Part shown: in pieces, positions 53,301 through 64,000 of the stretch
Layout of the letters: the number at the start of each line of letters is the position of its first letter
How positions within the stretch are numbered: position 1 is the first letter of the stretch
DNA from: Eledone cirrhosa
Lineage: Eukaryota
DNA: 64,000 nucleotides
Assembly (NCBI GenBank): GCA_964016885.1
Contig: OZ024764.1
Span: forward strand, 13,144,001 to 13,208,000
Reading direction: 5' to 3'
Notes under the pieces: generated by a model
Databases searched by the model: none
What the model saw: the letters and a program-made list of their open reading frames with translations, nothing else
What the model was told of the DNA's origin: nothing
Position numbers and translations under genes: made by a program

Positions 53301-56300
53301 ATACTACAGACATGTGGTTAGAATGTCTCAAGAAAGAATCTCTGAATTGAGAGATCACAGCTCTGATACTATGGACATGTGGTTAGAATGTCTCAAGAAA
53401 GAATCTCTGAATTGAGAGATCACAGCTCCGATACTACAGACATGTGGTTAGAATGTCTCAGCAAAGAATCTCTCAATTGAGAGATCACAGCTCCGATACT
53501 ACAGACATGTGGTTAGAATGTCTCGGCAAAGAATCTCTCAATTGAGAGATCACAGCTCTGATACTATGGACATGTGGTTAGAATGTCTCAAGAAAGAATC
53601 TCTGAATTGAGAGATCACAGCGCTGATACTACAGACATGTGGTTAGAATGTCTCAGGAAAGAATCTCTGAATTGAGAGATCACAGCTCTGATACTACAGA
53701 CATGTGGTTAGAATGTCTCAGGAAAAAATCGCAGGACAGATTTTACAGGCAAAACAACTGACAAGAGACCCAGGGGTAGACTCTGAGCAAGATGGTTGGA
53801 TAATGTCCATGAATTTCGCTGGTCATGCTTGGGGATCCAGCCATATCAATTGGAGACGGCTGCTTCTGACAGGACTAGTTGGAAAGAGTGTTTGAAGACT
53901 CTACATATTATACACGCTATAAACATTATACACACCTGATCCTATTCGGTGTTTAAAGGATTCTTCTCGTAGCCGACTGGAATCAAATGGTTCATCACAA
54001 TACTCGAAGAAGCCAGCATAATGGACTATAAGACAAAGAATACAGCATTATACATACATGCTAGCGTGGAAGAAAGGACGTGAAACGGTGATGATGATAT
54101 ATATATATATTTAATTATTAATAAACAACATATTTATGTAATAAACAACATAAGACAATTATTCCATATACTAAAGGTTTTACGAAGACAGACAAGCTCA
54201 ACAGAGACATCTGAAATTGCTCATCAGAATAAAAATTCAAATGAAAAATTAAATTTTCATTTTGATGAGCGATTTCAGACGTCTCTGTTGAACTTGTCTG
54301 TCTTCGTGAAACCTTTGGTACATGGAATAATTGTCTTATGTTGTTTATTACATAATTAAATAGCTCTGTAAATTCATTTCATTTTACATCCGCTTTTTCC
54401 CTGCTTGCAAGGGTGGGACGGGAACTGATTCTGGCTTGATTTTTACAGCTAGATGCCCTTCCTAACACCAACCTCATTTACAGTGAGTGCTGGGTGCTTT
54501 TTTGTCGTGGCACCTCCACGACCACTTTGCAGTGGAATGATAGGGACTATCTACAGCTGAGTAAACTGGAGCAATGTGAAATAAAGTGTCTTGCTCAAGG
54601 AAACAACACATTACCCGGTCTGAGAATTGAACTCACAACCTTTCGATTGCAAGGCCAATGCTCTAACCACTAAGACATGTGCCTCCATATATATATATAT
54701 ATATAGTGGTGGTGTTAGGAAGGGCATCCAGCTGTAGAAATCAAGCCAAAATCAGTTCTCGTATGAGCAAGACAAGGTCAGCCGGCCGGGCACTGCCCAC
54801 AACAGGACAACCTGTCTAACCCATGCTAATGTGGAAGAATGTACATAAAATGGTGATGATGATGATGATATCCTATTACCTTCTACAACATCCTTTTCTG
54901 TGATCAATGGACCGTAACCAGGATGCTTGATTTCTTTAAACACGTCTTCTGTACCAGATATATCCACCATACTCTTCATAAGCTGATCAAAGCTGTTACA
55001 AGTGATTTTTTCCAGTTCCAGGCGAGAATAGACAATATTGAATGCATCGTCTGTGATATTGTCTTCTGCTGGGTCTGTGGATAGGTAAATATAGAGGTGG
55101 ATAGGTAAATATAGAGGTGGATAGGTAAATATAGAGGTAGATAAGTAGAGATAGATAGATATAAGTAGATAGGTAGAGACAGATAGATAGATATAAGTAG
55201 ATAGGTAGAGATAGATAGATAGATATAAGTAGATAGGTAGAGATAGATAGATAGATATAAGTAGATAAGTAGAGATAGATAGATAGATATAAGTAGATAA
55301 GTAGAGATAGATAGATAGATATAAGTAGATAGGTAGAGATATGTTTCTTTTATTTGCCACCAGGGCATCAAAAGTGGGACAAGTTCAATGGGGGGAGTTT
55401 ACAAAACAAGGCGTCCTCAATAAGGAGGAGGCAATAACAAAATATAAAAATAAAATAAAATAAAATATAACAGAATAAAATTTATAACAAAATCCTCAAT
55501 AGAGAGGAGGCGCCTTGGGGGGGTCGCACACACCCCCGAAAAAAAGTGTGCAACCCTTTTCCTCAGGAGCACAGAGAAGGGGTGCTCCCTTGGTCTTTCA
55601 TCTTCCTCACCTATAGTCTGATGTAGAGTGAAGGCCCATTCACACGGGCCATTCTCGCCACTTTCACCCATCTTTCATAAAAACGGCTGGGGTGCAGCAC
55701 CTCTCTCTCCATCCTGATCCTTCTTCCGAAGACACGGTAAAAAGGCTCCCAGTCCACACTGTAAAGTGGTTGTGTAGTAGACACAGTAAAAAGGATCCCA
55801 GTCCACACTATTATGTGGAATTGTAGGTAACACTGTAAAAAGCTCCCAGTCCACATTGTAAAGTGGTCATGTAGGAGATAAAAAGGCTCCCAGTCCACAC
55901 TGTAATGTAGTCATGTAGAAGACACGGTAAAAAGGCTCCCAGTCCACACTGTAAGGTGGTTGTGTAGAAGACACGGTAAAAAGGCTCCCAGTCCACACTG
56001 TAAAGTGGTCATGTAGGAGACACGGTAAAAAGGCTCCCAGTCCACACTGTAATGTGGCCATGTAGGAGACACAGTAAAAAGGCTCCCAGTCCACACTGTA
56101 AAGTGGTCATGTAGGAGACACGGTAAAAAGGCTCCCAGTCCACACTGTAATGTGGCCATGTAGGAGACACAGTAAAAAGGCTCCCAGTCCACACTGTAAA
56201 GTGGTCATGTAGGAGACACGGTAAAAAGGCTCCCAGTCCACACTGTAATGTGGCCATGTAGGAGACACAGTAAAAAGGCTCCCAGTCCACACTGTAATGT

Positions 56301-57837
56301 GGCCATGTAGGAGACACAGTAAAAAGGCTCTGTCCACACTGTAAAGTGGTTGTGTAGGAGACACGGTAAAAAGGCTCTCAGTCCACACTATAAATGTGGT
56401 TGGTGTTAGGAAGGGCATCCATCTGCAAAAAAAAAACCTGCCAGAGACGCTTCCATGTGAGCGAGGCATGGTCTCCCGACCGTTCTCGCATCGAATGGAA
56501 CAAAACCATCTGACCCATGCTAGCGTGGAAGATGGACGTTAAACGATGATGATGGTGGTAGATATAGATAGGTAGACTGATATATAGGAAGGTTGAGATA
56601 GATAGACAGATAGATATATATATATTTCTTTATTTGCCACAAGGGCACACAAGAAAAGGGGACAATACAAGGGCACATGCCGGGGATTTTACATACAGTC
56701 GTGTAAAAATATAAAACAAACAATTATAACAATCGAAATCCCCGATAGGGGGAAGGCACCACAAATGGGTTGTTTAATACCCCGTAGATAGAACAACCCT
56801 CAACTCCAGGAGCATGTTGTGCAAGTGCTCCTTTCTTCCTTTTGCTCGCTTCTTCAACCTACAGGTTTATATACAGAGAAGGCCCAATCACTCGGGCCAT
56901 TTTTGCCACATTCACCCACCTTTCTGGAGTGCAGTGCCTCTCTCTCCACTCTGATTCTCCTTCTAAAGTGGTATCTAAAGAAGGGAATGAGTTGTTGTCT
57001 AGTGAGAAAGGCATCTGTCCTCAGTCCTCTCAATCTCGTCCACCATATAACACCTTTCAGTAAATTTACTGGGGTGCAGTGCCTCTCTCTCCACCCTGAT
57101 TCTCCTTCTAAAGTGGTCCCTAAAGAAGGGAATGAGTTGTTGTCCGGAGAGAAAGGCATCTGTCCTCAGTCCTCTCAATCTCGTCCACCATATAACACCT
57201 TTCAGTAAATTTACTGGGGTGCAGTGCCTCTCTCTCCACCCTGATTCTCCTTCTAAAGTGGTCCCTAAAGAAGGGAATGAGTTGTTGTCCGGAGAGAAAG
57301 GCATCTGTCCTCAGTCCTCTCAATCTCGTCCACCATATAACACCTTTCAGTAAATTTACTGGGGTGCAGTGCCTCTCTCTCCACACTGATTCTCCTTCTA
57401 AAGTGGTACCTAAAGAAGGGAATGAGTTGTTGTCTGGTGAGAAAGGCATCTGTCCTCAGTCCTCTCAATCTCGTCCACCATATAACCTCTTTCACCATAG
57501 CCACTGTACAGAGGAAAACCGCCTCTCTTTCGTTTTTGAAAGAGGCTGGCAGTTTGATCCTTACTATGGACTCGGCAGTCAACTGGATTTATCCCATACG
57601 CGACAGCAGTTGTTCTGCGTAGTTCCACAGGTCGGTTACGCCCTGGGCAGTGTACAATTGCATGCAAGACGGTTTCAATGTCCTGCTCGCATGATAAGTA
57701 GATAGACAAACAGACAGATAGTAGGTAGATAGATAGATTACATAATATATTGCCAACTTACATATATTTTCATCTTTATCTATCTCAAACAGCAGTCCTG
57801 CATCACTGGTCAGGTCATCCAAGTTGATTTTGTTCAT
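39735..57837 (-). CDS. FKBP6: FKBP6/shutdown-like immunophilin (FKBP domain + TPR + C-terminal extension), 13 coding exons, 452 aa
   Basis: Exons (minus): 57837-57762, 55074-54880, 54025-53936, 52857-52726, 50727-50657, 47996-47937, 47415-47356, 45905-45708, 45082-44973, 43835-43744, 42790-42718, 42339-42213, 39809-39735. All are GT-AG and in phase, total 1359 nt. FKBP domain VHYAGFFEYCDEPFDSS..GCPPRIPRNAPALFEIEVL, TPR motifs QLNMALC and NTKALFRMGQA, and an MYQKMF helix. An acceptor at 57855 implies an upstream exon, possibly the coding 58600-58579 (MMDISIQ, weak donor). Confidence 0.9.
39828..40130 (+). mobile_element. RTE-like LINE 3' fragment
   Basis: Translates as VQERRMCLYGHVM..GCRGVGRPKKTWHEVIRADL. 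Confidence 0.7.
40534..40693. mobile_element. hAT-like MITE
   Basis: Imperfect TIRs CAGCTATGTCAAAC / GTTTGGCATGCCTG with GGGCCACA subterminal motifs. Confidence 0.5.
40700..41124. repeat. 116-bp tandem repeat (about 3.5 copies)
   Basis: AATGAAAGGGTTAAAGTGTTTATATTTATCT at 40802, 40918 and 41034. Confidence 0.85.
41239..42194. repeat. Head-to-tail array (202-bp period) of the same MITE
   Basis: Starts TTAACCCTTTAGCA and ends TGCTAAAGGGTTAA. Internal junctions at 41441, 41643, 41845 and 42047. Confidence 0.9.
42400..42665 (+). mobile_element. RTE/RTEX-like LINE 3' fragment
   Basis: Translates as KVTQRRLRLAGHAHRHP..VLMWEPLHGHTGRGRPRLT. Confidence 0.7.
42868..43737. repeat. (ACC/AAC)-based minisatellite
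   Basis: Recurrent CAACAACCCATTAACACTACCACC motif. Confidence 0.85.
43920..44920. repeat. Same 72/60-bp minisatellite in the opposite orientation, running into the MITE body
   Basis: Reverse complement of the 29.5-30.8 kb units, about 12 copies, followed by MITE internal sequence at 44815-44920. Confidence 0.9.
45190..45602. repeat. About 140-bp triplication of a SINE/RTE-like segment
   Basis: TACATGTTGTGAAGGG..GGAAGG.CATCCAGCCATAGAAAGCTTGCC at about 45221, 45363 and 45502. Confidence 0.75.
46263..46607 (-). mobile_element. SINE family A
   Basis: Full-length single-module copy with an (ATGAA)n tail. Confidence 0.88.
47522..47746. mobile_element. TTAA-flanked (piggyBac-like) MITE, unit-length copy
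   Basis: TTAACACTTTAACATTTA ... TAAATGCTAAAGGGTTAA termini. Confidence 0.7.
48115..50252 (+). mobile_element. RTE-clade LINE fragment whose 5' 54-bp segment is amplified about 31 times
   Basis: The array at 48130-49840 (AGAAGGGAGGTAGGTGTAAAAG.CAAACTCTCTATCTTCAATTCAGTAATCAGA) is continuous with decayed RTE ORF sequence TYGHESW..EMGFLQR..IERSQLRYYGHVVRM..GRRPRGR. Confidence 0.88.
50858..52610 (+). repeat. 61-bp tandem array (about 25 copies) derived from the CR1 3' end, running into the intact CR1 tail
   Basis: Unit GGAACAAACTACCTGCATCAGTTGTTAGCTGTCGAGACACTGCATCCTTTAAAACCTCCAT with period 61 (50860, 50921). It continues into the CR1 3' UTR at about 52420-52610. Confidence 0.93.
52915..53900 (+). 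mobile_element. RTE-clade LINE fragment with an internal 65-bp array (about 9 copies)
   Basis: Same RTE family as 49840-50252. The segment encoding IERSQL.YYGHVVRMSQER repeats with period 65 (53344, 53409). Confidence 0.85.
54134..54356. repeat. Inverted repeat (about 92-bp arms) in an FKBP6 intron
   Basis: 54134-54226 pairs with 54263-54355 with scattered mismatches. Confidence 0.85.
54373..54687 (-). mobile_element. SINE family A
   Basis: Full-length copy with a small internal deletion. Confidence 0.85.
55733..56556 (+). mobile_element. SINE-related element with about 13 diverged 49-bp modules and an RTE-like tail
   Basis: Units of type AAAAAGGCTCCCAGTCCACACTGTAA(A/T)GTGG(T/C)CATGTAGGAGACAC(A/G)GT, partly alternating (98-bp period), followed by GGAAGGGCATCC..GGACGTTAAACGATGATG. 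Related partial copies lie at about 40143-40362 and 45935-46215. Confidence 0.8.
56625..57697 (-). mobile_element. L1/Tx1-like LINE 3' fragment with a 145-bp quadruplication
   Basis: CEQDIETVLHAIVHCP zinc-knuckle-like C-terminus. The 145-bp unit occurs at 56929, 57074, 57219 and 57364. Related ends lie at about 55345-55730 (-) and 62945-63460 (+). Confidence 0.7.
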
Positions 57838-58077
57838 ATTGGTTATGTTAAAACCTAGAAAAAGTTTATATATATAATAATAATAATGAAATTATTGTGT
57901 ACAGTGCTCAGGTGCACTACAACTCATCAAAGGTGCATGTATAGTACATAGAACAATGTACAAATGTCAGGAAAGTGAACAGTGTATGAGTCATGATATA
58001 ATGAAAATTATCGTGTACAGTGCTCAGGTGCACTACAACTCATCAAAGGTGCATGTATAGTACATAGAACAATGTAC

Positions 58078-58502
58078 AAGTTGACTTTGCCTTTCATCCT
58101 TACGGGGTAGATAAAATAAAGTACCAGTAATGCTGGCCTTGTGCCTGAAGTAGAAACAATTATTGGTAGAGGATAGTCGGACGCCATACTTTGCAGCACA
58201 GAGTTACAGCCCTTTACAGTCTGAGTTCAAATCCCACCGAAATTAACTTTACCTTTCATCCTTACAGGGTCGATAAAATAAAGTACCAGTAATACACTGT
58301 CGTAATTTGCTGGCCTTGTGCCAAAAGTATAAACAATTATAATTCCCTCTCCCTTTCCTTTATATCATATTTGTTTGTGTTTTCGTTCTGAAAACATTGT
58401 ATTATTAACTTTGCCTTTCATCCTTACGGGGTCGATAAAATAAAGTACCAGTAATGTACTGGGTAATTGCTGGCCTTGTGCCAAAAGTAGAAACAATTAT
58501 TA
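58078..58502 (+). mobile_element. Three tandem family B SINE fragments
   Basis: CTTTCATCCTTAC.GGGT.GATAAAATAAAGTACCAGT at about 58091, 58253 and 58414. Confidence 0.75.
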
Positions 58503-59164
58503 CATCTCTTTTTAATAAACAGTGAATAAAATTATCCAATTCTCTAAGTTCCTTCAAGCATTGTTTGTAAAGTTCTACCTTGTATAGAAATGTCCATCAT
58601 CTCCAGAAGACAGCCGATGAAGGGAAACTTCGTGCTTGCCTCTTATTTATAAATAAACTTTACCCAGCAATAACACAGCACCCGTTCCTTCACAAATTTA
58701 TATATATACATATATATATATATTTATTAAAATAACAGAATAAAGTTTAAGCAAAGAATCGCTGCTTTCACCCTTAACGGGATCTTCTTTGGATTTTAGT
58801 CTTCAAATTTATTATTTGCTTTTTCTTCGGAATTACCTAACATATATAGTCCCTGCGATATCAGGAGTGAAATTAACTTTATTTCATAAATATATACTTC
58901 ATAGTTGCACAAACGACATTAAAAATCGTTTTGAATGAAAATATAAACAGAGCACATATAAATAAATTTACAGTAGAATAACATAGCAAATATGTTTTAA
59001 ATATATACATAAATAACATTACAAATGCCTCGGTAACCCTACAAAGGATGATACAATGAAAGATATATTCCTTCAATGCTACAATATTAAAGAAAATGTA
59101 AAGCAAGGAAGGGGTGAACACCGGTGCCAACACCAGAGCAAAAGACAGCAACGAGGAGTACTGG

Positions 59165-59465
59165 GCAACCTCTCTAATGATTTTTTAGGCAAGCCAGCAC
59201 ACTGGCAGCGTTGCCTCGGGTGATGGCGAGGCTGATGCGCTGAAACAGCCAAGCACCCTCGCGAGATTCACCAGTTACCTCTATTAGGCGAGCCGCCAGT
59301 GAGGAAAGGGACCTCGCAGTCAGCGGCCCGACTCCCCCAAACGTCTCGAAAACCCGAAAACCACAGGCTGAAAAATGTAGCTGGCCGACAAATCAGAGTA
59401 TTTGAGGGTCGTACTCCGATCGGCTGCGGAAGCTGGGGTTCTCGTCCTAACGGCAACATCCAGGA
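59165..59465 (-). mobile_element. Second CRE-like retrotransposon fragment
   Basis: The minus strand translates KYSDLSASYIFQPV/FETFGGVGPLTARSLSSLAARLIEVTGESREGAWLFQRISLAITRGNAASVLACL*, with one frameshift. Confidence 0.75.
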
Positions 59466-59521
<56 letters not shown>

Positions 59522-59845
59522 AGCTTTCCTCTTTGTTGTTTACTTGTCTCACTCGCTTTACGCGTTTTAATTGTCCTAACTTAATTAATTTAGTTATTAT
59601 TGCACCAACGTGAGGTATATGATTTTTAATACAATGAAATATCTATGATCGTTGGCAAATCACTGATGAGGGACTCATTTTATAACATGTTATAACATGT
59701 TATCCATGTGCAACCTGCAGTATTCTTCTCCCCATTTTTTCACATATATATATATATTCATATAAGCAAACTATCCAAACTGAACTTAAAACGAACGATA
59801 AGTTCTTGTTTTTTGGATATGTCAACATTTATAAAACAACTTTTG

Positions 59846-59906
59846 TATTTTATCTGATGAGGGCGTACTAAAATGTTGGTACCCTTGAAATATATATAAT
59901 AAAATA
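59846..59906 (+). ncRNA. Minimal type I hammerhead ribozyme motif (Penelope-like element associated)
   Basis: Stem I TATTTTAT (59846-53) pairs with ATAAAATA (59899-906). Core CTGATGA at 59854-60, an 11-pair stem II at 59861-86 (G.U pairs, one mismatch), GAAA at 59887-90, palindromic TATATA stem/loop III, and UH site TA at 59897-98. Confidence 0.65.
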
Positions 59907-59947
59907 AATATGGTTTTATAAAGATAGTTTCCATTTATTAATATCAT

Positions 59948-59982
<35 letters not shown>

Positions 59983-60198
59983 AATAGAGACATACCCAGC
60001 AAAAGTTATATATATATATATATTTCTGTCTCGATTTGTGACCGGTGATAGTATTAGCAATTGGAAAGATTAATGGAAACATTGTTTCCTCGGTCCTATT
60101 TGATGACGTCTTATATCTTGTCGTTCGACTACCGACTGTCGATATATATAAATAAAAATATATACAGAAACAGGTATCTATATATAAATATATACACA

Positions 60199-60244
<46 letters not shown>

Positions 60245-60444
60245 CTCTGTGTATGTATATGTGAGATATATATATACACACACACATACATATATATATA
60301 TATACATCCTCTGTGTATGTATGTATGTATGTATGTATGTATGTGATATATATATATATTATAGAAATAACAATGTTTAATGTTTATAGTCTACAGGACT
60401 ATAAACATTTCGATAGTAAAATAAATTTGACTCGTATATTATCC

Positions 60445-60517
<73 letters not shown>

Positions 60518-60682
60518 ATACATGTATGTATATATATATATAAAGGCAATCGGGTACAAAACACTTACTGTATACACGTGTTTGTGTGTGTATTATATAC
60601 ACAAGTTAACACACCTGCGTATATTACTATATACATACACTATAAACATGTGCTATTATATACATACATAGACTCCCGCTGC

Positions 60683-60729
<47 letters not shown>

Positions 60730-61235
60730 CCATAAATTGAGATAAATATACTTACTACGTTGAGACGACCGCAAATTTCCTACCATCACACTGTTTCACT
60801 TTCATATATGCATATTATACATACATATATATGTATATATATAATATAATAGTATGTATATATATATATATATATAATAAAGCGGGGAGTGCGGGACAGT
60901 GCCCTGTGTTTATATATATATTTATCCCGTTAGTAAAATAAGTTGGATTAGTTTCTATAAATGAATGTACAAATTGTCGGGACGTCAAAAAGAAAATAAC
61001 CGTACAGGGGAGATAATTATGTGAGAATATTGTGAATAATTTGTTCAACCAAGTACAGACCATATGTTATCAATTCACGTCTGTAGAGAGATACTCAGCC
61101 AGTTTAAATGTACATAAATCTAATAGTAAAATTCATTGACAACTATTGTATGAATTGGAAAAGCCAAATAGTCCCAATTAACTGGTGAACAAAGTCACAG
61201 ATTTTGATAGAGTGGGGAAAATATAAGTTTTATCG

Positions 61236-61745
61236 CAACCCTGAGCACCTCTTTGATCTCCATGTGTCTAACACACGTGGACATGCCTACAAGATCAGAA
61301 AACAGCACAGCTCCCATGACTTTCGTAGACATTTTTTCACGCTCAGAGTTGCTGAAGCATGGAATAAACTGCCTGCGTCAATTGTTAGCTGCCGAGACAC
61401 TGCATCCTTTAAGACACTCATGCTTCCCGAAATACGCCAAAACTACACCTGATGTACCCCTTCCATGCACATGCACACATGTGTGTATCATGACTCGTGC
61501 ACTGTTCATTTTACTGATGTTTGTGCATTGCCCTATGTACTGTACATGCACTTTTTTGATGAGTTGTGGTGCACCTGGGCACTGTACACAATATTTCATT
61601 ATTGTTATTGTTATTATATCATGACTCGTACACTGTTCGTTTTCCTGACATTTGTACATTATTCTATGTACTATACATGCACCTTTGATGAGTTGTAGTG
61701 CACCTGAGCACTGTACACAATAATTTCATTATTATTATTATTATT
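61236..61745 (+). mobile_element. CR1-clade LINE 3' end
   Basis: Encodes TRGHAYKIRK..HFFTLRVAEAWNKLPASIVSCRDTASFK, a CR1 ORF2 C-terminus, followed by a 3' UTR and an (ATT)n tail. Other copies at about 8050-8290, 9078-9540 and 57875-58078 (-). Confidence 0.85.
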
Positions 61746-62027
61746 TAAACTATTTTTTTTAATGTGTTCAGTGATTTTTTTTTTTTTTCTTTTATAGAGG
61801 GAAGTGGAAGTAGCTGTGAAATCGTTCAAGGGGAGGTCTGAAAAAAAGACCCATGCTACAATGATGATGATGTTAGTGATGAATGAGAAAGAGGAAGTGT
61901 GAAAGAATCAATCCCAGCATTAGACTGGGATTTGAACTCAGGATGTGCAGGAAGCTGGAATTTAATAAAACAAAGCATTCTATTGGATGTTCTAATGACT
62001 TTGCCAATTTTCCACACACACATATAT

Positions 62028-62265
62028 GGTGGAGGCACGTGGTTTAGTGGTCAGGGTGTTGTGGGTTCTATTCTTGAGCAAAACACTTCATTTCACGTTG
62101 CTCCAGTATACTCAGCTGAAATTGAGTACCAGCAATAGCTGGGGGTTTAACCCTGCGATGGACTGACGTCCTGTCCAGGGGGAGTCTTGTACTCTCAGTC
62201 GCTTCACGCTATGAAACCGGGATAATCACTGGCCAAATGAGCCTTCTGGCTTAAGACAGACTTTA
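62028..62265 (+). mobile_element. SINE with a family-A-like head/core but a different 3' tail
   Basis: GGAGGCACGTGGTTTAGTGG..CTTGAGCAAAACACTT, then CCTGCGATGGACTG..TCCTGTCCAGGGGGAG. The same tail is duplicated at about 3328-3550. Confidence 0.7.
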
Positions 62266-64000
62266 GACTTAGACACCCAGTCCACTCTGTAAAGTAGTAG
62301 TGGTGTTGCCATGATAAAATAAACCCAGTCCACTCTGTAAAGTAGTAGTGGTGTTGCCATGATAAAATACACCCAGTACACTCTGTAAAGTAGTCGTGCT
62401 GGTGCCATGATAAAATACAGCCAGTCCACTCTGTAAAGTAGTAGTGGTGTTGCCATGATAAAATACACCCAGTCCACTGTAAAGTAGTAGTGGTGTTGCC
62501 ATGATAAAATGCATGTTTTGCATAGCTATGGCTTTCAAAATATTTATTTATAAACATGCCGTATTTCTTTAGAAATACGAAATTCCAATACATAACTGTA
62601 TACAGCTATGCTCGAAGCTAAATTCTAATTCTATTATTATAGTGAATGGGCCTACCCTGAGCATGTGCCTGTAGTATCGTAGGAGGAAAACTAGAAGAGG
62701 GCTTTTGCCCTAGCGGTCAGGGTAACTGTGGCTTTTCTTGTGGGCTTTCTCCACGAGTGACCCTCGGAGGTCTCCCCACCCTATTGGGGAATTTTTCATT
62801 ATTTCCTTTTTTTGTCACATCCTGTTTTTGTCTTTTTACGCAGAAATGCCCATTTGTACCGTCCTGTGCTGTCCTTAATGTTATACTTTATGTCAACCCT
62901 TGTGGTTAATAAAGGAAACATTATTATTATTATTATCACTATTATAAAATCAGGGTGGAGAGGCAAGTGCTATCTTCTAGTAAGTTTGTTGAACTGTAGG
63001 TGAAAGTGGCGAATCTGGTCCGAGTGAACGGGCCCGCTCTGAGTATGCGCCTATAGACTGAGGAGTGGAAAACTGAGAGAGGGCGCTTGCCCTGGTGGTC
63101 AGAGTGGCTGTAGTCTTTTGTGTGGTTTTCTCCACAAGCGACCCTTGAAAGTCTCCCCCCTAATGGAGAATTTTTCATTGTTTCCTAATTTTGTCACATA
63201 CTGTTTTTTTGTTTTTTTTTACACGCAAAAATTCCCATTTGTACTGTCCTGTAATGTCCTGTATTCTCCTGTACTGTCCTGTACCGTCCTGTATTGTCCA
63301 GTACCGTCATGTACTGTCCTGTACCGTCTTGTATTGTCCAGTACCATCCTGTATTGTCCTTAATGTCCTGTACCGTCATGTACTGTCCAGTATCGTCCTG
63401 TACTGTCCTGTATGTTATACTTTGTGTCAACCCTTGTGGTTAATAAAGAAAACATTATTATAGTTGTTATTGTTGATGATACTATAACTGAGTCAATCTG
63501 AGATTATCAGATCAATCGTGTAGCAATCACTTCTTATCTCATCAATGGATTAAATTACATAACTGTCCTTGTTGATATCTAGATCTTGTTGTTATTGGTG
63601 GATCAGCAGAATCGGTAGAGCATCGGACAACATGCTTAACAGCATAGAGTTATGGCCCTTTATGTTCTGAGTTCAAATCCCACCAACAAGAAGAACAACA
63701 GCAGCAACAGTAACAACAACAACAGCAGCAACAGTAACAACAACAACAGCAACACCACCACCACCAGCAACAACAGCAACACCAACAGCAGTAACAGCAC
63801 CACCACCACCAACAACAGTAACAACAACAACAACACCACCAGCAGTAACAGTAACAACAGTAACTCAACACCACTACCACCACCAACAACAGCAGCAATA
63901 ACAACAGCAACAACAACAACTATTATATTTGAAAGAGAAGAATCTTTATTTCTTCAATTTAAATATTTCAGATTTCTTAAAATATTTTTTTTTAACAAAA

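Noticed and set aside
39828-57697. Uniform antisense TE orientation (piRNA-cluster-like) in FKBP6 introns
   Set aside because: The RTE and CR1 fragments are antisense, but the Tx1-like fragments and two SINEs are sense. Orientation is mixed and counts are too low.

Overview
Repeat-dense, AT-rich animal genomic DNA. The SINE types, (TA)n load and C2H2 gene suggest a cephalopod/octopod, which is inference only. Three protein genes can be reconstructed by hand with GT-AG sites and consistent exon phases. (1) An ELMOD1/2-like Arf-family GAP on the minus strand: 7 coding exons, 8855-1252, 297 aa. (2) A 986-aa C2H2 zinc-finger gene on the plus strand with a single coding exon, 31150-34110, carrying unusual Gly/Cys-Cys and His/Gln tracts. 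(3) An FKBP6/shutdown-like immunophilin on the minus strand: 13 coding exons, 57837-39735, 452 aa, ending in an R3H-fold-like extension. The rest is SINEs, LINE fragments (RTE, CR1, Tx1-like, CRE-like), DNA-transposon remnants, microsatellites and many minisatellites. Two patterns stand out. The first is hammerhead-ribozyme motifs in Penelope-like elements at (TA)n tracts: one complete minimal motif, plus fold-back elements that pivot on ribozyme stem II. The second is repeated birth of tandem arrays from internal segments of several unrelated transposon classes. Nearly all other ORFs in the supplied track are repeat artefacts. All homology statements are from motif recognition; no searches were run.
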